NCBI RefSeq assembly: GCF_009914755.1
Contig: NC_060929.1
DNA length: 64,000 bases
DNA from: the human T2T-CHM13v2.0 reference genome, Homo sapiens
Strand: one strand, 5' to 3'
Part shown: one piece after another, positions 57,875 through 64,000 of the stretch
Numbering within the stretch: position 1 is the stretch's first letter
Layout: every line of letters begins with the position of its first letter
Position numbers and translations under genes: made by a program
Notes under the pieces: model-generated
Databases searched by the model: none
What the model saw: only the letters and a program-made list of their open reading frames with translations
What the model was told of the DNA's origin: nothing

Positions 57875-58570
57875 TAATAATAACAATGAGTGAAATCCTT
57901 TGAGCACATAACTATATGCTCCAGGCCCTGTTCTAAGTGCTTATATCATCAGTCAACATTCAACCAGACAAGCAGAACCTGTAGGAGAGTATATAAATGT
58001 TACACACACACATATGCACACACAACACACACACACACACACAAATTTATTTCAAGGAATTGGTTGTCATAATTCTGGGGGCTAGCTAAGCCAGCCCCAA
58101 GTTCACAGGGCAAGTGGTCAGGAAGGGAAAATTATGAGCAGGCTAGAATCCACCAGCATGAGCGAAAGCTCTTATCCAGGTAGGAGTTTCTCTCTTTGTC
58201 TCACCAGAGAAAGCCTAAGTTCTGTTTGAAGGTCTTCCAACTGATTAAGTCCACACACCCAGGATAATTTCCCTTTCGACTAATTAGTTCAGGCCCTCAC
58301 AGGATGATCTCCCTAGATTAGTGTTGGAATGAATAACTGGAGTCTGTAGTTCAGCCTAACCAGTTGATGCATCAAAAAACCATCAGTGCTTTAGGTGAAT
58401 ATTCTCTTTTACTTCTTGCAGCGATAATAACTATTATTATTTCCTTCTGTAAGTGAATAAGTAGGGACCCAGAAATGTTCAATAACTTGCCCAAAGGCTC
58501 AGAGTATTATAAATGGCATAAGCAGGTTATCAAACCAGGCCTTCTATCTTCCAAACCTGAGCTCTTTCTA
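57875..58570 (-). mobile_element. MIR SINE split by an MLT2 LTR
   Basis: TGAGCACATAACTATATGCTCCAGGCCCTGTTCTAAGTGCTT, resuming at about 58386 and continuing to AATAACTTGCCCAAAG. Confidence 0.65.
57946..58385 (-). mobile_element. MLT2C/D-like ERVL LTR containing a (CA)n tract at about 58003-58043
   Basis: ATCAGTC...AGCAGAACCTGTAGGAGA...ATTTATTTCAAGGAATTGG...TAGATTAGTGTTGGAATGAATAACTGG...AAAACCATCA. Confidence 0.78.
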
Positions 58571-59334
58571 AGATGCTATTTGACATCAATCACATCTAGT
58601 TAGATGTTATTTAGAGAGCAGAACTGGAGGCAAAGGCAGCTATCCACAGAGGTGCAATGACTTATGAGGTGGTCTGGTGCGATATCTATGTTCAGGTGGA
58701 ATGGCCCTAGACTGGTTAGTGATTAACATGCACAGTCAAATTCTCTGTGTTGGGGAGTTTGAAAGTGAGCGGCACAGAGAGGGACAGGGACAGAAGGGTT
58801 GTAGCAGCCCAGATTCACTTAAAGAGACAAATGTTAGCAGAAAAATGGGGAGCGATAGAAGCCATGTGCAATCAGAACCACAGAAAAAAGAAAGAGGGAG
58901 CGGGCGGGTGGTAATAAGAAAGTGAAAGGGAAAAACAGAGTAAGGAAGACAATGAGGAGGAGATTGTGGGAGTTCAGGCGGTGAAGGCCAATTGCTGAAG
59001 GCATGGACTGTTGGCGCACTGGCTCGCTCCTTGGATCGCATGTATATGTGCTTCCCCTAGCTCACTTTCTATTGGCATGGCAAACACATGATTTCACTTT
59101 AAAAGCATGAGTTCTGAGTTTTAGGGAGAGGCCTAAAAGGATATTCAGTAGCTGAAGAAGCCACTGATATCATCTTGACTGTCCTGGGGGCCTATCCAGC
59201 ATCTGCGTAGTCCACAGAGGCCTGATCCAGTCTGTGAAGCTGCACTTTAAGACCTCAAAATGGATGTGAGGCACAGGTAGTATTTATCACTCCGACAGGT
59301 GACTACTGAACATACTCAACAGCCTTGCCACCGG

Positions 59335-59475
59335 GATGGGATCATAGGCATCACCTGGGAGCTTGTTGGCCATGCAGACACTCAGGCTTCATCCATACTT
59401 CATGAATTAGAATCTGTATTTTAATAAGAGCCCCAGATAATTTATGTGCACATTAAAATTCAACAGGATATATCA
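59335..59475. mobile_element. MER5A fragment
   Basis: GGCATCACCTGGGAGCTTGTT...ATGCAGACACTCAGGC...TGAATTAGAATCTGTATTTTAATAAGAGCCCCAG...ATGTGCACATTAAA. Confidence 0.78.
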
Positions 59476-59519
59476 TTCAACTATGGCAGGCTACCTCTGA
59501 ACATGTTCCAAGTCCTTTT

Positions 59520-59814
59520 TTTTTTTTTTTTTTTTGAGACGGAGTCTCGTTCTGTCACCCAGGCTGGAGTGCAGTGGCGTGATCTCGGCTCACTGCAACC
59601 TCCGCCTTGCGAGTTCAAGCAATTCTCTGCCACAGCCTCCTGAGTAGCTGGGATTACAAGCACCCATGACCACGCCCGGCTAATTTTTTTATTTTTAGTA
59701 GAGATGGGATTTCACCATCTTGGCCAGGCTGGTCTTGAACTCCTGACCTTGTGATCCACCCGCCTTGGCCTCCCAGAGTGCTGGGATTACAGGTGTGAGC
59801 CACTGTGCCCAGCC
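59520..59814 (-). mobile_element. AluSg-type (Sg7-like)
   Basis: Poly(T) and full dimer with AATTCTCTGCC, CACCATCTTGGCCAGG and GACCTTGTGATCC; degenerate TSD TCCAAGTCCTTTT (59507-59519) / TCCAAATTCTTTT (59815-59827). Confidence 0.94.
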
Positions 59815-60490
59815 TCCAAATTCTTTTACCTGGTGATGATTGCACTAGGGATCCAGTTTTATCCCATCCACTCTATGAACTCTCATTCTGCCTCCTCCAT
59901 AGAGAATAGGATAAGTGGGTCAGAAGAGCTGTCTGTGTGCCCTGGACAATGTTTTAGTTCCTCATGGGGGCTGGCTTTGTGAATGCTAAGGCTTCTTAAA
60001 TATTTTGTGTATTTTTATATCACCCTCCATTAACTGAGGATCCTGAGTGCATGACTGTTCCTTGCAAGCTAATGGGCTGTAACAAATAGACTGAGTGATT
60101 TAATTTGCAGAGCCACAAGGATTGTAACAGCAGTAAATTAAACATGAGAAGAGGGGCTTTTAGAAATACGCACTGGAAGCTGTTGACAACAGACAACCCC
60201 AAAATGTAACAATCTGTGCCATTATTTTGTGGGTGAAAATAGCCCCAAAGGCCTCAAAGGGATTGGAGGCTGTCTCTGTGTTGTAGAATGTATTATACAA
60301 TATGTGGTGGTTATAAGGATGCATGAGTCATAAGAGAAAGGTTTAGTTGTCTATAGCACACTGATTAGAAAGGGAGGCAAGCTTAAAATACATGTTTAAA
60401 AGATTTTCAATAATATGATGTCAACAGTACATAATTTAGGCTTTATATAAAATCTCAGCGCTATGAAAAATAATTTTCTAGAATGACTCA

Positions 60491-60510
60491 TCTGAGACCC
60501 GGGTCTCAGA
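60491..60510. repeat. Perfect 20-bp palindrome
   Basis: TCTGAGACCCGGGTCTCAGA equals its own reverse complement. Confidence 0.97.
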
Positions 60511-62252
60511 GTGTGAGACATATTGGAGATGCTCATCACTGCTTCCCACCAAATTCAAATTCATGCTTCAAAGAACCAAAAAGTTGAGACGCCATATGAA
60601 GATGGTCCTGGCTCCACTAAAGTTGACCAAAACAAGAGAAGTTGGGAGCAGAAAGAAAAGGACATTCAGGCCCATGGACCTGGAGAGTGAAGCTTCTTTT
60701 GTTTCCTCTCACTCATTCTAATCTTTCCTGAGGCCCTATCGTATTACCTGCTTTGAGTACCGTGAAATACCTATGTCCTTCCAGAAGATCTTACTATTTT
60801 TAATTAAGCTAATTTGAATAGTGTCCATTCCTTGAAAACAATTGTTTCTTGTTCAAGATAAAAGACTTTAAAATTCATGATAATTCCTAATATTTTAGCA
60901 GTAACATGGGACAAAATGGGGTGCAAGGACAGAGCATAGAGAAGGAACTCATCATAACCAGTTGGTCCAGACTGGCAGTAGAAGGAATGAGGCGTTATGG
61001 TGACTAGATAGGTCCAGCATGCTAGGCTTTACTTTCATACAGTGGTCAATGGCTGAGGGTCTAGGATGGGCAGAAGGACGCAGGTGTGGGCCTGGACTCA
61101 GGATATAAGCTTGGTGAAGACAATAGGCTGAGGCAGGTTTGGTACCAGTCTTACCTGGTTGTTTGGGAAGCAACACTTTAGGATCTGACACAGATCCTAA
61201 TTACATTACATTCCCAATCAAAAAAGGGGCACAGCTTTGCCCTGATTATAGGAGCTCTTCTAGTTTGCATTGCATAATAAGGGATCCTGCAGGCACTGGT
61301 AGTCATGGCAAAGGCCTTGGCCCTCTCAGACCCACCAGAAAAATCAGAAATCATAACTTCTACTTCCCTGATCTTCACTCCTTAGTGGTTGTCTTTGGAG
61401 TATAGGCATTTTATTTTCCATCTACTTGTATAGAAGCCATTTATTAGATGGTTAGAGTCCGTTCTGTAAATTTGAACAAAACCAACATGCTGTTTTTTAC
61501 ACCTTTTCCAAAGTACATCTAAAACTTATTTTGGCTCTTTCTGATCCATTTGGTCATACCCTCCAATTGGTATCTCTCAAGCCAGGGCTAAGGATGATCA
61601 GCCGTTTTTCTAAAATGCTAGAATTGACCCATATAAGTTTTGGGTACTTATTGACAGCCTATTTAAATCAACTGTAAATTGCTTCTGTAAACTCTCAAGT
61701 ATTTTTTTTTTCTATGGTGTTTTGCTTAATTCTGAAGAGAATGTGAATGTGCTGGGTGGTGTGTGTATATATGCATTTATTCAGAGAACCCACGATGGTG
61801 TGTTTTTAAAAATTTCCCAGAAATTTCAAATTTATGTAACAGAAAATTTAATATATGGGAATGCTCAATGTTATGACATTTATTAAGGGGAAACTAATTT
61901 TAGCTTTCTGATGTTCTATTCAGTTATATTCAGATACTTTAGAATTTTTCTGTCTGCCAATTTTTGACAACATTTATTACTCTGATTTTCATGCAATAAC
62001 CAACTAGGTTTTGACAGTTTTTCCACATCCTCCTCTTCAGAAGCATATAACTTTGAAGTTCTCTGGCAAACATTTTTCATGTGTTTGCTGTATCAACATC
62101 AAATATCTATATAAAAGAGAAAATTTATTAACTTCAATGAAATGGCCTTCCATTTCTTAAATTTTATTGCAAAACATTCATTTATCAAATATAGATTGAA
62201 CATCTACTATGTTGGTGCTATGTACAGAGACTGGCCAACGAGTATTGAAGTT

Positions 62253-62445
62253 TGTCATGAGATGGGTTCCCCTTGAAGCAGATTTTGGGACAAGAGCTTG
62301 TATGCAAGCAGTTTAAGAAGGAAGTATTCTTATGGGAGACAAGTAAGGAAGTTGGGAAAGAAGGCCGAGGAAGCTGAGGAAGCCAAGCAAGGGTGTAATC
62401 TCAGACAAAGTTCCACACAAGGTAGCTTCACCCTTCACACAGGAA
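62253..62445 (-). mobile_element. LTR16/LTR33-like ERVL LTR fragment
   Basis: GGGTTCCCCTTGAAGCAGATTTTGGGACAAGAGCTTGTATGCAAGCAGTTTA...GAAGCCAAGCAAGGGTG. Confidence 0.55.
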
Positions 62446-62519
62446 ACCACCCACCCCCCAAAATCAGTAAAAAGACATTTCAGGGGAGCTGGGCAAGGTA
62501 TGAGTATTAGTCCTTAAAG

Positions 62520-64000
62520 ACTTACAGCTTAAATATGAATGAACAGCCAAGAATATTAGGTAGTAGAGGAACATCTCGAATATGCATGTCAAAGTACAAA
62601 GCAAACGAATCAAAACAAATTTAAAAAGAAGGAAACATAGAACAGAAGAAAAAACACTTAATTTTTCAATTAATATCCAAGAGATAAGCAAAGATATTGC
62701 ATCTATGGAACAGGAACAGTAGGCTATAAAAAGGAATATTCAGGAATAGAAAAGAACACTTTTAAATTAAAAAAAAATAGTGGCTTGATATACTTTGAAT
62801 GTTGTCTCCTCTAAATCTCATGTTGAATTATAATCTCCAGTGGCGGAGGTCGACCCCAGTGGGAGGTTTTTGGATCATGGGGTTGGATTTCTCATGAATG
62901 GTTTAGCACTATCCACTTGGTGCTGTCCCTGCAATAGTGTCATGCAGTGAGTGAATTCTTGCAAGATCTGGTTGTTTAAAAGTGTGTAGCATCTTCCTTC
63001 TTCTCTCTTGCTCCTGTTTTTGCCATGTGACATGCCTGCTCCCACTTCACCTTCTGCCACAAGTAAAAGCTCCCTGTGGTCTCAGAAACCCAGTAGATGC
63101 TGTTGCCGTCTGTGAACCATGAGCCAATTAAACATTTTTTGTTTATAATTTACCCAGTCTAAGGTTTTCCTTTATAGCATCTCAAGAACTCACTAACACA
63201 TGGCTCAAACAATTCAGTAGAAGTGTTGATAGGTAAATTTGAAAATGTTTCCCAGAAGGGAGAACAAATAGAGAAATGGTCAGAATATTAGATAAATCCT
63301 GATTGTCTATCATCTAATGAATTAGAATTTTTAAAAATGTGAAGAAAAAACCCAAACTTTTAAAGAAATAATTAAGTTAATTTAGAAGAGCAGATAAATA
63401 TGAGCCTTTATATCAAAAAGGTCTTATGGTATACTTAGACCAATGAATAAAAAGTAATTTACAATACAGCATATCATTTCAGGGAATTGGAGGAAAAGAG
63501 AAGTAAAATATTTTTGATAAAATAGAAACGGGGAATAGATCACACACCAAGGACAATGAATAACGGTATTGACCTCTTTATGGCAATGCTGGAAACAAAA
63601 CGCCAATGGAAAAATGCCTTTAAAATTTAGAGGGAAAATGTTTTCTAGTCTTATTCCAGATAGGACACTACATCTAACCAATCTATCAATCAAGTATAAA
63701 GGTTAAAATAAATTCATTTTTACATATGCAAAGCCTTAAGAAATGTGCCTCCAATGTACCCTTTCTCAGAAAGCTATTTGAGCATATACTCCACCAAAAC
63801 AGCTGAATAAACAAAGACAGAAATTTTTTATCTAAGCAAGGAGTATGCAGTACAATAAAGAGGCTAAGAAAGTCTCCAGGATGTTGGTGGAGAGAAGTTT
63901 TGAATGGCAGCTGTGCAGCAAGTCTAGAGAGCAACTGTTCCAGATTGAAGAAGCAGGATAGAAGTTTCCAGAAAGAATGTCTCTCCAAGTAAAAGAAGAA
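62520..64000 (+). mobile_element. Ancient L1ME-like ORF1 region, interrupted by an MST LTR; runs to the window edge
   Basis: A-rich decayed ORF1-like GAGATAAGCAAAGATATTGCATCTATGGAACAGGAACAG and CAATGGAAAAATGCCTTTAAAATT...AACCAATCTATCAATCAAGT...CCCTTTCTCAGAAAGCTA. Confidence 0.7.
62786..63200 (+). mobile_element. MSTB-like MaLR solo LTR
   Basis: TGATATACTTTGAATG...AAATCTCATGTTGAA...GATTTCTCATGAATGGTTTAGCAC...CACTAACACA; perfect 5-bp TSD TGGCT at 62781-62785 and 63201-63205. Confidence 0.92.

Overview
Primate (very likely human or great-ape) nuclear DNA. It is AT-rich, CpG-depleted and dominated by interspersed repeats: Alu (Y, Sx, Sp, Sg, FRAM), L1 of several ages, L2, L3, MIR, MaLR/ERVL LTRs and hAT DNA transposons. 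I find no credible protein-coding exon, RNA gene or CRISPR array. The recognisable ORFs in the track are L1 or Alu remnants and the rest look like chance ORFs. The window reads as intergenic or deep-intronic, and I cannot name the locus. I see no evidence of a novel biological system. The most unexplained signals are a perfect 25-bp inverted repeat around a patchwork AT-rich spacer (28839-28991), a non-repeat CpG-retaining patch with TATA, SOX and AP-1 motifs and a splice-donor-like site (about 24.06-24.35 kb), and a few palindrome or enhancer-like islands. Repeat family names come from my recall of consensus sequences, so subfamily calls and the boundaries of old elements are approximate. Target-site duplication (TSD) coordinates were read directly from the sequence.
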